A stretch of 64,000 nt of DNA, from positions 1 to 64,000 of the forward strand of contig NW_021833284.1 in NCBI RefSeq assembly GCF_006345805.1, written 5' to 3'. Of this stretch, positions 28,001 to 37,802 are shown piece by piece. The stretch is from Octopus sinensis. Its lineage: Eukaryota. The position numbers and the translations under genes were made by a program. The notes beneath the pieces were generated by a model, which saw only the letters and a program-made list of their open reading frames with translations, had not been told where the DNA came from and searched no databases. Position 1 is the first letter of the stretch; each line of letters begins with the position of its first letter.

Positions 28001-31000
28001 TATGGGCGAATGGAGCGCGGTGGTATGGGCGACTGGAGTGTGGTGGCGTGGGTGAATGGAGTGTGGTGGTATGAGCGAATGGAGTGCGGTGACATGGGCG
28101 AATGGAGTGTGGTGGCATGGGCGAATGGAGTGCGGTGGTATGGGCGAATGGAGTGTGGTGGCAAGAGCGAATGGAGTGCGGTGGCATGGGTGAATGGAGT
28201 GCGGTGGTATGGCCGAATGGAGTGCGGTGGCATGGGCGAATGGAGTGCGGTGGCATGGGCGAATGGAGTGCGGTGGCATGGGCGAATGGAGTGCGGTGGC
28301 ATGGGCGAATGGAGTGCGGTGGCATGGGCGAATGGAGCGCGGTGGCATGGGCGAATGGAGTGCGGTGACATGGGCGAATGGAGTGCGGTGGTATGGCGAA
28401 TGGAGTGCGGTGACATGGCGAATGGAGTGTGGTGGCATGGGGAAATGGAGTGTGGTGGCATGGGCGAATGGAGTGCGGTGGTATGGGCGAATGGAGTGCG
28501 GTGGCATGGGTGAATGGAGTGTGGTGGCATGGCTGAATAGAGCATGGTGGTATGGGCGAATGGTGTGCGGTGGCATGGGTGAATGGAGTTTTGTGGCATG
28601 GCCGAATGGAGCACGGTGGTATGGGCGAATGGAGCGCGGTGGTATGGGCGACTGGAGTGTGGTGGCGTGGGTGAATGGAGTGTGGTGGTATGAGCGAATG
28701 GAGTGCGGTGACATGGGCGAATGGAGTGTGGTGGCATGGGCGAATGGAGTGCGGTGGTATGGGCGAATGGAGTGTGGTGGCAAGAGCGAATGGAGTGCGG
28801 TGGCATGGGTGAATGGAGTGCGGTGGTATGGGCGAATGGAGTGCGGTGGCATGGGCGAATGGAGTGTGGTGGCATGGGCGAATGGAGTGCGGTGGCATGG
28901 GCGAATGAAGTGCGGTGGCATGGGCGAATGGAGTGCGGTGGCATGGGCGAATGGAGCGCGGTGGCATGGGCGAATGGAGTGCGGTGACATGGGCGAATGG
29001 AGTGCGGTGGTATGGGCGAATGGAGTGCGGCGGCATGGGCGAATGGAGTGCGGTGGCATGGGCGAATGGAGCGCGGTGGCATGGGCGAATGGAGTGCGGT
29101 GACATGGGCGAATGGAGTGCGGTGACATGGGCGAATGGAGTGCGGTGACATGGGTGAATGGAGTGTGGTGGTATGGCCGAATGGAGCGCGGTGGTATGGG
29201 CGAATGGAGTGCGGGACATGGGCGAATGGAGTGCGGTGGTATGGGCGAATGGAGTGCGGTGGCATGGGCGAATGGAGTGCGGTGGCATGGGCGAATGGAG
29301 CGCGGTGGCATTGGTGAATGGAGTGCGGTGACATGGGCGAATGGAGTGCGGTGACATGGGTGAATGGAGTGTGGTGGTATGGCCGAATGGAGCGCGGTGG
29401 TATGGGCGAATGGAGTGCGGTGACATGGGCGAATGGAGTGCGGTGGTATGGGCGAATGGAGTGCGGTGGTATAGGCAAATGGAGTGTGGTGGCATGGGCA
29501 AATGGAGTGCAGTGGTATGGGCATGTGTTGTGGAAGCATGTTCTGAAGAGGGTGCTGGGGCTTGAGGTAAATGGATAGCAAAAGCAAAGTAGACCGAGGA
29601 AAATGTGGAGGGGGCAGGTGGGGGAGGGGATTGGGAGGGTTGGCTTGAGAAGGGAGGATACCCAAAACCAGGCAAGATGGTGTAAGGGTGGTTGTTATAG
29701 CATTGAAGTAGATCCAGATTTAAAATGATGGTGATGATGTAAACATGATTATTTAAGTGGAAATGCTGCTGATGGAGTAAGAGAGAGTAATTATTATGAG
29801 ACAAGAGACTGATGAGGATGAGAGAGAGAGAGAGGGAGTAAATGTTCTTCTCAAGGGGAGAGAACTGCTTCAGGGTTTATATTTTCCCCCCTTATATTGA
29901 GAGATTTTATTTTCTTTGAGTAAAAAGAGGGAAGAGCATATAATATTTCTATATAATTCATTTGTTACATATTCCAGAAGTTCACCCTTGTTCTGGGCTC
30001 TTCTGCACAGCATAACTCAACATCTTGCTTTTGACAAACGAATCAGACTGCTAAAAGGTTACTAATGGTTACCTGACACTTGTCTTGCTCTTCCAAACTC
30101 CTTCTCTGTTTTTTTTTCTCTCTCTTCACTCATCATCATCGTTTAGCGTCCGCTTTCCATGCTAGCATGGGTTGGACGGTTCAACTGGGGTCTGGGAAGC
30201 CAGAAGGCTGCGCCAGGCTCCAGTCTGATCTGGCAATGTTTCTATGGCTGGATGCCCTTCCTAACGCCAACCACTCCGTGAGTGTAGTGGGTGCTTTTTA
30301 CGTGCCACTGGCACGGAGGCCAGGCCAGGCTGGCAATGGCCACGATTGGATGGTGCTTTTTACATGCCACCGGCATGGAGGCCAGGTGTGGCTGGCAATG
30401 GCCACGATTGGATGGTGCTTTTTACGTGCCACCGGCACGGAGGCCAGGTGAGGCTGGCAACGGCCACGATCAGATGGTGCTTTTTACGTGCCACCGGCAC
30501 AGAGGCCAGGCCAGGCTAGCAAACGGCCACAATAGGATGGTGCTTTTTACGTGCCACTGGCACGGAGGCCAGGCCAGGCTGGCAACGGCCATGATCGGAT
30601 GGTGCTTTTTATGTGCCACCGGCACGGAAGCCAGTCGCGGCGGTGCTGGCAACGGCCACATTCAGATGGTTCTCTTATGTACCACCGGGACTGGTATCTC
30701 AGCTACAATTTCCATTGATGTTTTTTGATTTTGATTTTGATATAGATTTTGATTTCATTATTTTCTCCATCAGACGAAGAAAAAGAAGGAATACCAAGAG
30801 CACCAGCTGTCCCTCAGCAAATCTGCTTACCCTAATACAGTACTCAGCAGCCAAAACTTGGTACAGATTAAGGATATCCTGAAGGACCAGTAAGTTCTGT
30901 TTTTTCCTATTTGTTGGGACCAGTAATACTTTAAAGAAAAAGAATTAGCTTGATTTGTGGTGGGGATGAGCAGGGGGTCAATAAAACTTGTGGCTTTTAG

Positions 31001-33493
31001 TGACCCAAAATCCATAACTTAAATTCCAAGAACTAGATAGAACTGTTTTAGTAATAGAATTAACCCTTTCGTTACCCTATTTCTGTTGAGATGCTCTGTG
31101 TTTCTTCCAATTACTTTTAAATATAACAAAGAATTTAGTAAAATAACTTGGTTATCATTCAGCTAGTGTTAGGAACATAAATTGTGACTAAGGTTTGGTG
31201 GAAGATTTTAATTCAAAACTTATGAAAACAAGACATTTGTACTACAGAGCCAGAGGTGGTTTCTGCCAGGTTGGTAACGAAAGGGTTAAACCTTTTGAAA
31301 GCAGCCTACCCAAGATTGCCCCTAGTTATATTATGCAAGCTTCCTGTTTTGTTAAAGTGATCTAAATTAAAACCCTTCATCAAAATTCCATGTTAATTTA
31401 TGTTCCAAAGACCAAATTATTTTAATAAATTTTTCGTTATTTTCCTAATTAATGCTATGTATTTTAACAGAAATATGGTAAATAAGTTACACAAGTTATG
31501 TATATATACATATATATATATGTATGTGTATGTATGTATGTGTGTTTGTCCCCCCAACATTGCTTAACAACCGATGCTGGTGTGTTTACGTCCCGGTAAC
31601 TTAGCGGTTCAGCAAAAGACACCGATAGAATAAGTACTAGGCTTACAAAAAGAATAAGTCCTGGGGCCGATTTGCTCGACTAAAGGCGGTGCTCCAGCAT
31701 GGCCACAGCCAAATGACTGAAACAAGTAAAAGAGCTCATGACCTTTCCCTTTAAAAAATATGTGGAAACTCCCCCCCCCCCCCCATGTAAAATTTTACCT
31801 CCCTAGTTGCAAGTGTCTGTGACTTACATCTTGGAATGAGTAAATGCACACTCACACACACACCTTAAGGTTTTTCGTCTTTGTCGTCTCATCCTTTTTA
31901 TAGAACTAGCAGTATCGCTCGGGTTTATAAGGGAAATAACTATATAAGCATTTTTAGAGAGTTACTTCCCTTATAGATGCCAATTCGGGCTTTCTTAGCC
32001 ATTTCTGTTTTGGCAACTTCAAGCCATGAAGTCGTCGTTCTAAAAGAACGCTGGTCTCCTTGACAACGCTTTACGACATTGATTTCCTTACACTCCCTTC
32101 CCCACAGCTTCACGAGGGAGGGAAGAAGGGGGAGAAGCAAACAGGTGCAGGTGTGACCATGGACGCCAACTCCGCCGCCATCCACACAAAAATTATGCAT
32201 TAAAATGGAATAAAAAATAATGCTAAATTATTTTTAAAATCGTAGACTCATCGTAAACGCGCGCTAATAGCCAGAAGGGCTCGATATTAATCACGACTAT
32301 AAGATACCCGAATTTGGTTAAACTGCACCGCAAAATGTGGGAGGAGTTAGGAATCTAAATCGAAGGGGACAGACACTCACACAACTACAGTTTTATATAT
32401 ATATATAGACTAGCAGTATCGCCCGGCGTTGCTCGGGTTTGTAAGGGAAATAACTATATAAGCATTTTTAGTGAGTTATAGCAAAAAAAACATTAAAAAT
32501 GGAATAAAAAATTATGGTAATTTCTTTTTTAAATCGTTGACTCATCTTAGACATTTTTAGAGAGTTACTTCCCTTATATAATAGCGAAAAATGCATTAAA
32601 ATGGAATAAAAAATTATGGTAATTTTTTTTTAATTGGGACTCATCGTAGACATTTTTAGAGAGTTACTTCCCTTATATAATAGCGAAAATGCATTAAAAT
32701 GGAATAAAAAATTATGGTAATTTTTTTTTTAATGTTGACTCATCGTAGACATTTTAGAGAGTTACTTCCTTATATAATAGCGAAAATGCATTGAAATGGA
32801 ATAAAAAATTATGGTTTTTTTTTTAATCGTAGACTCATATAGACGCACGCTAATACCCAGAAGGGCTCGATATGAATCACGACTATAAGATACCCGGTTT
32901 TGGTTAAACTGCACCGCAAAATGTGGGAGTAGTTAGGAATCTAAATCGAAGGGGACAGACACTCACACAACTACAGTTTTATATATATAGACTAGCAGTA
33001 TCACTCGGGTTTGTAAGGGAAATAACTATATAAGCATTTTTAGAGATCTATGGCAAAAAAATGCATTAAAAATGGAATAAAATATGATGGTAATTTTTTT
33101 TTTAAATCGTTGACTCATCGTAGACATTTTTAGAGAGTTACTTCCCTTATATAATAGCGAAAAAATGCATAAAAATGGAAAAAATGATGGGTTTTTTGTT
33201 TTTAAACGTAGACTCATCGTAGATGCGCGCTAATACTCAGACTGGCTCGATATGAATCACGACTACAAGATACCCGAATTTGGTTAAACTGCACCGCAAA
33301 ATGTGGGAGTAGTTAGGAATCTAAATCGAAGGGGACAGACACTCACACAACTACAGTTTTATATATATATAGATTTCACTGCATCCTATAGGTTGGAAAA
33401 TGAAATGGTTTTTCTTTTGTCTTTTCCAGAAGTGATGACATCAACTCTATGGTGAAGTCTGTGAAAGATTTGAAACTGGAGACCCTCAGCTGA
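3904..33493 (+). CDS. NUP88: Nuclear pore complex protein Nup88, 3' portion (5' exons lie upstream of the window or were not recognised); 9 exons: 3904-4002, 10963-11047, 12548-12652, 21778-21927, 23300-23422, 25023-25169, 27267-27393, 30774-30889, 33430-33493
   Basis: Manual splicing gives one open frame with matched phases (1,1,2,2,2,2,2,0,2 at the acceptors) and AG/GT ends: [23 protein letters not shown]...[14 protein letters not shown]...[22 protein letters not shown]...[32 protein letters not shown]...[15 protein letters not shown]...[20 protein letters not shown]. This is colinear with remembered human NUP88 motifs ([63 protein letters not shown]). Confidence 0.95.
4355..4854 (-). mobile_element. 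Single non-arrayed copy of the (AAT)n-embedded repeat
   Basis: Reverse complement of 57340-57836; flanked by (ATT)n on both sides. Confidence 0.8.
6065..6849. mobile_element. MITE with 31-bp TIR (GGGATCTTTTCGGTTTGAACGGCAGTTTTTT) and a triplicated left end containing TTAGGG motifs
   Basis: Left-TIR copies at 6095, 6213, 6325, 6438; right TIR 6819-6849. Confidence 0.85.
7140..8430 (+). mobile_element. Same SINE: five tandem heads plus tail, followed tail-to-tail by an inverted copy at 8455-8822
   Basis: Repeated gcaggagtggctgtgtggtaag...aactgaaagaagcc units separated by (TA)n. Confidence 0.85.
10963..11047 (+). CDS. NUP88: NUP88 exon ([28 protein letters not shown])
   Basis: catttcag acceptor, gtattg donor, 85 nt, phase 1-2. 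Confidence 0.92.
11119..11482 (-). mobile_element. CR1-clade LINE 3' end
   Basis: [11 protein letters not shown]...RGHSKKL...[13 protein letters not shown]...SLD; (TAAC)-type tail. Confidence 0.85.
12548..12652 (+). CDS. NUP88: NUP88 exon ([34 protein letters not shown])
   Basis: ttttccag acceptor, gtaagt donor, 105 nt, phase 2-2. Confidence 0.9.
12780..13005 (-). mobile_element. Old RTE-like LINE C-terminal remnant
   Basis: GRPRMRWVD...DRTLWR on - strand. Confidence 0.5.
13169..13800. mobile_element. Same piggyBac MITE interrupted by an RTE 3'-UTR element (about 13340-13745); partial copy at 13020-13148
   Basis: MITE sequence resumes after the (GAT)n tail; aagaca is duplicated at both junctions. 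Confidence 0.8.
16440..17210. repeat. C-rich (CCA/CAT) compound repeat with a ~99-bp superperiod
   Basis: accatcataacccgctccgccaccaccacctctgcc... recurs about every 99-111 bp. Confidence 0.85.
18352..18387 (+). ncRNA. Candidate minimal (Penelope-type) hammerhead with variant core
   Basis: CTTT CTGTAGA A GAGC-ATAG-GCTC GAAAC GTA^ AAAG; core CUGUAGA instead of CUGANGA. Confidence 0.4.
19591..21490 (+). mobile_element. RTE/BovB-like LINE 3' fragment containing a 13-copy 103-104 bp internal tandem array (19981-21320), (GAA)n tail, 14-bp TSD-like flanks
   Basis: [10 protein letters not shown]...VLLYSSESW...[12 protein letters not shown]...GGQRKTW...NRQAWSAFV; flanks attatttttattct (19577) / attattcttattct (21491). 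Confidence 0.88.
21778..21927 (+). CDS. NUP88: NUP88 exon ([11 protein letters not shown]...[28 protein letters not shown])
   Basis: cttccag acceptor, gtaagc donor, 150 nt, phase 2-2. Confidence 0.9.
22596..22808. mobile_element. Fold-back element with a 35-bp perfect inverted repeat; probably a Penelope-like terminus carrying a hammerhead-like motif
   Basis: atcaaaataagcaacaaggatatccaaggtagagt ... actctaccttggatatccttgttgcttattttgat. Confidence 0.65.
22629..22714 (-). ncRNA. Candidate type I hammerhead ribozyme
   Basis: On -: GTGG CTGAAGA TTGCT...AGCAT GAAAC AATT GTA^ TCAC; stems I and III pair, stem II closes with a U-U mismatch. Confidence 0.45.
22935..23228 (+). mobile_element. Helentron/Lep1-like element (same family as 31905; further copies at 55113-55511 +, 34293-34482 -, 37030-37135 -)
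   Basis: Shared termini actagtagtatcgccc...ttttatatataaagat. Confidence 0.78.
23300..23422 (+). CDS. NUP88: NUP88 exon ([40 protein letters not shown])
   Basis: ttttgcag acceptor, gtaatg donor, 123 nt; strongest NUP88 motif. Confidence 0.95.
24270..24597 (+). mobile_element. tRNA-derived SINE with a V-domain-like segment; 12-bp TSD. Inverted relatives at 37490-37765, 61246-61545, 55520-55600, 55750-55825
   Basis: A/B boxes, ctgcgatggactggcgtcctgtcc (V-SINE-like by recollection), (AAAT)n tail, atttattctatc duplicated at 24258 and 24598. Confidence 0.75.
25023..25169 (+). CDS. NUP88: NUP88 exon (coiled coil, [18 protein letters not shown]...[15 protein letters not shown])
   Basis: tttttag acceptor after (CT)n, gtgggc donor, 147 nt, phase 2-2. 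Confidence 0.92.
26075..27172 (-). mobile_element. CR1-like LINE 3' end whose terminal 123 bp is tandemly repeated 8 times (26186-27171)
   Basis: Each unit reads [32 protein letters not shown] on - strand (CR1 C-terminal WN.LP..VV...SFK motif); period 123. Confidence 0.8.
27267..27393 (+). CDS. NUP88: NUP88 exon ([42 protein letters not shown])
   Basis: ttctccag acceptor, gtcagt donor, 127 nt, phase 2-0. Confidence 0.93.
27485..29525. repeat. G-rich 23-bp minisatellite (gggcgaatggagtgcggtggcat), ~88 units, in NUP88 intron
   Basis: Period 23; a large block near 27890-28330 recurs near 28510-28950. Confidence 0.95.
30128..30755 (-). mobile_element. RTE 3'-UTR-only element (hairpin VNTR plus (GAT)n tail). 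Others at 11995-12465 +, 14400-14690 -, 15121-15412 -, 25400-25760 +, 51915-52350 -
   Basis: Identical to the 36560-37030 UTR of the RTE LINE. Confidence 0.85.
30774..30889 (+). CDS. NUP88: NUP88 exon ([38 protein letters not shown])
   Basis: ctccatcag acceptor, gtaagt donor, 116 nt, phase 0-2. Confidence 0.9.
31064..31285. mobile_element. piggyBac-type MITE, intact
   Basis: TTAA TSD on both sides; perfect 13-bp TIR CCCTTTCGTTACC / GGTAACGAAAGGG. Confidence 0.9.
31905..33374 (+). mobile_element. Three head-to-tail Helentron/Lep1(DINE-1)-like elements (starts 31905, 32409, 32991)
   Basis: Each begins actagcagtatc...ctcgggtttgtaagggaaataac and ends ttaggaatctaaatcg...cacacaactacagttttatatatatag(at). 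Confidence 0.8.
33430..33493 (+). CDS. NUP88: NUP88 terminal coding exon ([20 protein letters not shown])
   Basis: ttttccag acceptor, TGA at 33491-33493. Confidence 0.88.
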
Positions 33494-33602
33494 GTTAATG
33501 CATGTTAGTGTGTGGAGAAGAGGGGGGAAAGCACCACCTCATCTACAAAGACTCTGTATTTCTCTCCAACCATTCATCACAAAAAATATAAAGTATTTTT
33601 CC

Positions 33603-33608
33603 AATAAA
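33603..33608 (+). terminator. Likely NUP88 polyadenylation signal AATAAA
   Basis: AATAAA 110 nt after the stop, followed by T-rich sequence (gttttccatgtttt). Confidence 0.6.
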
Positions 33609-34482
33609 AGTTTTCCATGTTTTACAAAATAAATGTCTTCCTTGCTTTAGTATTTTACACAAATAGTGGGGGGGGGTTTTTGTTTGTTTTTTGTTTTTAT
33701 GTCGAAAGAAAAAAATGAAAGTCAAATGTGAAGATGACCTTCTGCCGGCTTGAGTCATTGGACTGCAGCCATCCTCATTTACAGTGCTTGGTGATACTAC
33801 TACTGGTGCTGCTGTATTCCTTGCCTTAGTATTTTACACAAATATTGTTTTTTTTTTAATGACGAAAGAAAAAAATGAAAGTCAATTGTGAAGATGACCT
33901 CCTGCCGGCTTAAGTCATTGGACTGCAGCCATCCTCAAGTACAGTGCTTGGTAATACTACTACTACTACTGCAGCTGTATTCCTTGCCTTAGTATTTTAC
34001 ACAAATATTGTTGTTTTTTTTTATGACGAAAGAAAAAAATGAAAGTCAATTGTGAAGATGACCTCCTGCCGGCTTGAGTCATTGGACTGCAGCCATCCTC
34101 AAGTACAGTGCCTGGTGATACTATTACTACTACTACTGCTGCTGTGCCTTCATCATCATCATCGTCCGTTTTTCATTCTGGCATGGGTTAGACGGTTTGA
34201 CTGAGATCTGGAAAGCCAGCGGCTGCACCAGGCTCCAATCTCATCTGGCAATGTTTTACAACTTGATGCCCTTCCTAATGCCAATGACGGAAACAAATCT
34301 TTATATATAAAACTGAAGTTGTGTGTGTGTCTGTCTACTCCGATTTAGATTCCTAACTATTCCCACATTTTGCGGTGCAGTTTAACCAAAACCGGGTATC
34401 TTATAGTCATGATTCATATCGAGCTCTTCTGGGTATTAGCGCGCTTCACAATGAGTCTACGATTTAAAAAAAAATTTACCAT

Positions 34483-37030
34483 CGGAAACACTGATGGGGT
34501 TGGAGGCGTGGGTATACTTCTCGCTAAAAAACTGGTAGATAAGGTACTTGAGGTAATCAGAGTAAGTGACAGAATACTTAAGATTAGAATAGTGCTTCAT
34601 CATAGATTAGCAACCATTATATCGGCCTATGCCCCTCAGCCAGGGCTACCCGATGGACAGAAAGACAGTTTCTATGACACCCTACTGCAAACCACCTCAT
34701 TGACGAATGACAGGGACCTTCTCTTTGTGGCTGGTGACTTCAATGGGCATGTTGGACGACATGCTGGGGGCTTCCATGGCGTACATGGAGGCTACGGTTA
34801 TGGTTCCTGCAACAAGGAGGGAACCAGGCTGCTGGAGTTCTGCGATGCGAATAGTCTTATGGTTTGCAACACTAACTTCAGGAAACCAACAAGCCACCTG
34901 ATCACCTACCGATCGGGCCGGCATACTAGCCAAATCGACTACATCCTTGCCAGAAAAAGGGAAAGATGGCTGCTTATAAATGCCAAAACCTTCCCAAGCA
35001 AAGAATGCACCCCACAACATAGACTGGTAGTTAGTGACTTTAGGATCAGGACGACTAGAAGACGACCAACATGGAGAAGAAGGGTCTGGAAGCTTAAAGA
35101 CCCTGCGAATGGACAGAGATTTAGAGACATGTTACTTGAAGCCTTTGACGAAATAGAAGGGGGTATAGCTACACATGGGGTAGAAGACAACTGGACGTTT
35201 CTGAGGGACAACCTGCTGAAAGCCACTCACCAGATCTGTGGCTGGTGCAAAGTCCCCTCAAGACCCAAAATAACGTGGTGGTGGAACAATATTGTTGACA
35301 GGGCTATTAGACAAAAGAAACAGGCTTGGAAGAACTCCATTCCCCCATACCACCACACTCCATTCGCCTCATGCCACCACACTCCATTCCCCCATGCCAG
35401 CCGTTCCACTGATTCCTCCAACCCCAGCATCCACCTATTTATCATAGTCCTCCAGGCAATAACGGAGGAATTCAAGACAGGATGCCCCTGGGAGCTCCTC
35501 TATGCTGATGACCTTGCTCTAATTGCTGAGTCACTATCAGAACTGGAGAAGTTTCAGGTGTGGAAGCAAGGATTAGAATCGAAGGGCCTTAGAATCAACC
35601 TAGCCAAAACCAAAGTCCTAATAAGTAGGAAGGTAGACCAATCACAAACGACTTCAGGTAGATGGACCTGCTCAATCTGTAAAAAAGGTGTAGGTAGAAA
35701 CTCTATAAGGTGCACCAATTGTAAGCTATGGACACATAAGAGGTGCAGCAATGTCAAAGGAAGGCTAACTAGGAAAATAGTTTTTGTCTCTGGCAGATGC
35801 TCAGGAGCAATAAACACTGGAAATGTGCAGAGACCAACTAATACCACGTTCCAGGGAGACAAACTAGAAGTAGTTGACAGCTTCTGCTACCTAGGTGACC
35901 AAGTCAGTAGCGGGGTGTGGGTGTGCTGAAAGTGTAACTGCTAGAGTAAGAATAGCCTGAGCAAAGTTTAGAGAGCTCTTACCCCTGTTGGTGACAAAAG
36001 GCCTCTCGCTCATAGTAAAAGGCAGACTGTGTGATGCATGTGTACGTACAGCCATGCTACATGGTAGTGAAACATGGGCCGTGACTGCTGTGGATATGCG
36101 TAAGCTCGCAAGAAATGAAGCCAGTATGCTCCGATGGATGTGTAATGTCAGTGTGCATACTCGACAGAGTCTAAGTACCTTGAGAGAAAAGCTGAACCTA
36201 AGAAGCGTCAGTTGTGGCGTGCAAGAGAGACGGCTGCGCTGGTATGGTCATGTGACGAGAATGGCTGAAGATAGTTGTGTGCAAAAGTGCCACACCCTAG
36301 CAGTTGAGGGAACCTGTGGAAGAGGTAGACCCAGGAAAACCTGGGACGAGGTGGTGAAGCACAACCTTCGAACTTTAGGTCTCACCAAGGAAATGACCAG
36401 AGACCGAGACCTTTGGAAGTGTGCTGTGCGTGAGAAGACCCGGCAAGACTAGTGAGACCATAACCCGTGGCCTCTACCTGGTATGTAGCCGGTCGACTTA
36501 TACATACCTTTCCTTCTTGGGACGTAAAATTCCACTTGTGAAGACCCTTTGAGGCAAGTGAAAATCAAAATCAAAATCAAAATTGCGGCTGTGACAAGTA
36601 AGCAAACCATCCGATCGTGGCCGTTGCCAGCGTCGCCCCGACTGGCCTCCGTGCCGGTGACACGTAAAAAGCACCATCCGTTCGTGGCCATTGCCAGCCT
36701 CGCCTGGCCCCCGTGCTAGTGGCACGTAAAAAGCTCCATCCGTTCGTGGCCGTTGTCACCGCCGCCTCGCCTGGCCTCCGTGCCAGTGGCACATAAAAGC
36801 ACCATCCGTTCGTGTCCGTTGCCAGCCTCGCCTGGCCCCTGTGCAGGTGGCACGTAAAAAGCACCCACTATACTCGCGGAGTGGTTGGCGTTAGGAAGGG
36901 CATCCAGCCGTAGAAACACTGCCAGATCAGACTGGGCCTGATGCAGCCTTCTGGCTTCACAACCCCGGTCGAACCGTCCAACCCATGCTAGCATGGAAAG
37001 CGGATGCTAAATGATGATGATGATGATGAT
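34483..37030 (+). mobile_element. RTE-clade (RTE-X-like) LINE, 5'-truncated and internally deleted, inactive: APE endonuclease, RT C-half (YADD), Cys/His PHD-like insert, 3' UTR with hairpin VNTR and (GAT)n tail
   Basis: SAYAPQ, GDFNGHVG, IDYIL and SQHRLV-like (PQHRLV) APE motifs; ELLYADDLALIAES; CSIC...C..C..WTHKRC; frameshift near 35920 and W->stop near 35960; GSETWA...RLRWYGHV...GRPRKTW C-terminus to 36452. The N-terminus of the listed 519-aa ORF (34370-34482) is an inverted Helentron, not LINE. Confidence 0.92.
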
Positions 37031-37430
37031 TTTCCGCATTTTGAATGCATTTTTGCTCGATTTATATAAGGGAAGTAACTCTCTAAAAATGCTTATACAG
37101 TTATTTCCCTTACAAACCCGAGCAACGCCGGGCAAAGAAACAGAAGAATGTATTCAAATACAAACAAACACACATATATAGGCCATATATATATATATAT
37201 ATATATATTCTCTCTTTTACTTGTCTCAGTCATTTGACTGTGGCCATGCTGGAGCATCACCTTTAGTCAAGCAAATCAACCCCAGGACTTATTCTTTGTA
37301 AGCCTAGTGCTTATTCTATCAGTCTCTTTTGCAGAATCACTAAGTTACTGGGACGTAAACACACCAGCATCGGTTATCAAGCGATGTTGGGGGACAAACA
37401 CATACACACACATACATACATACATATACG

Positions 37431-37483
<53 letters not shown>

Positions 37484-37767
37484 CACGTGACCGACCAGGT
37501 ATCAGATGTTGCTACACATCGCTGGTCACAATGCGTTCGCATTGTTTTAGCCTTCAAATGATGCCACCCCGCTGCCTAAGCGAGCAGGCCAACAGCAGAA
37601 AGAGTGATGAAAGAGTACAGCAGGGATCACCATCCCCTGCCGGAGCCTCGTGGAGCTTTTAGGTGTTTTCGCTCAATAAACACACACATTGCCCGGTCTG
37701 GGAATGGAAACCGCGATCCTACGACCGCGAGTCCGCTGCCCTAACCACTGGGCCATTGCGCCTCCAC

Positions 37768-37802
<35 letters not shown>

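Noticed and set aside
27454-29804. Overlapping 674-751 aa His/Pro-rich ORFs on - and Trp/Gly-rich ORFs on +
   Set aside because: They are translations of a 23-bp minisatellite (period not a multiple of 3, open in several frames) inside a NUP88 intron. The His-rich look is superficially like beak proteins but there is no signal peptide, splice context or unique sequence.
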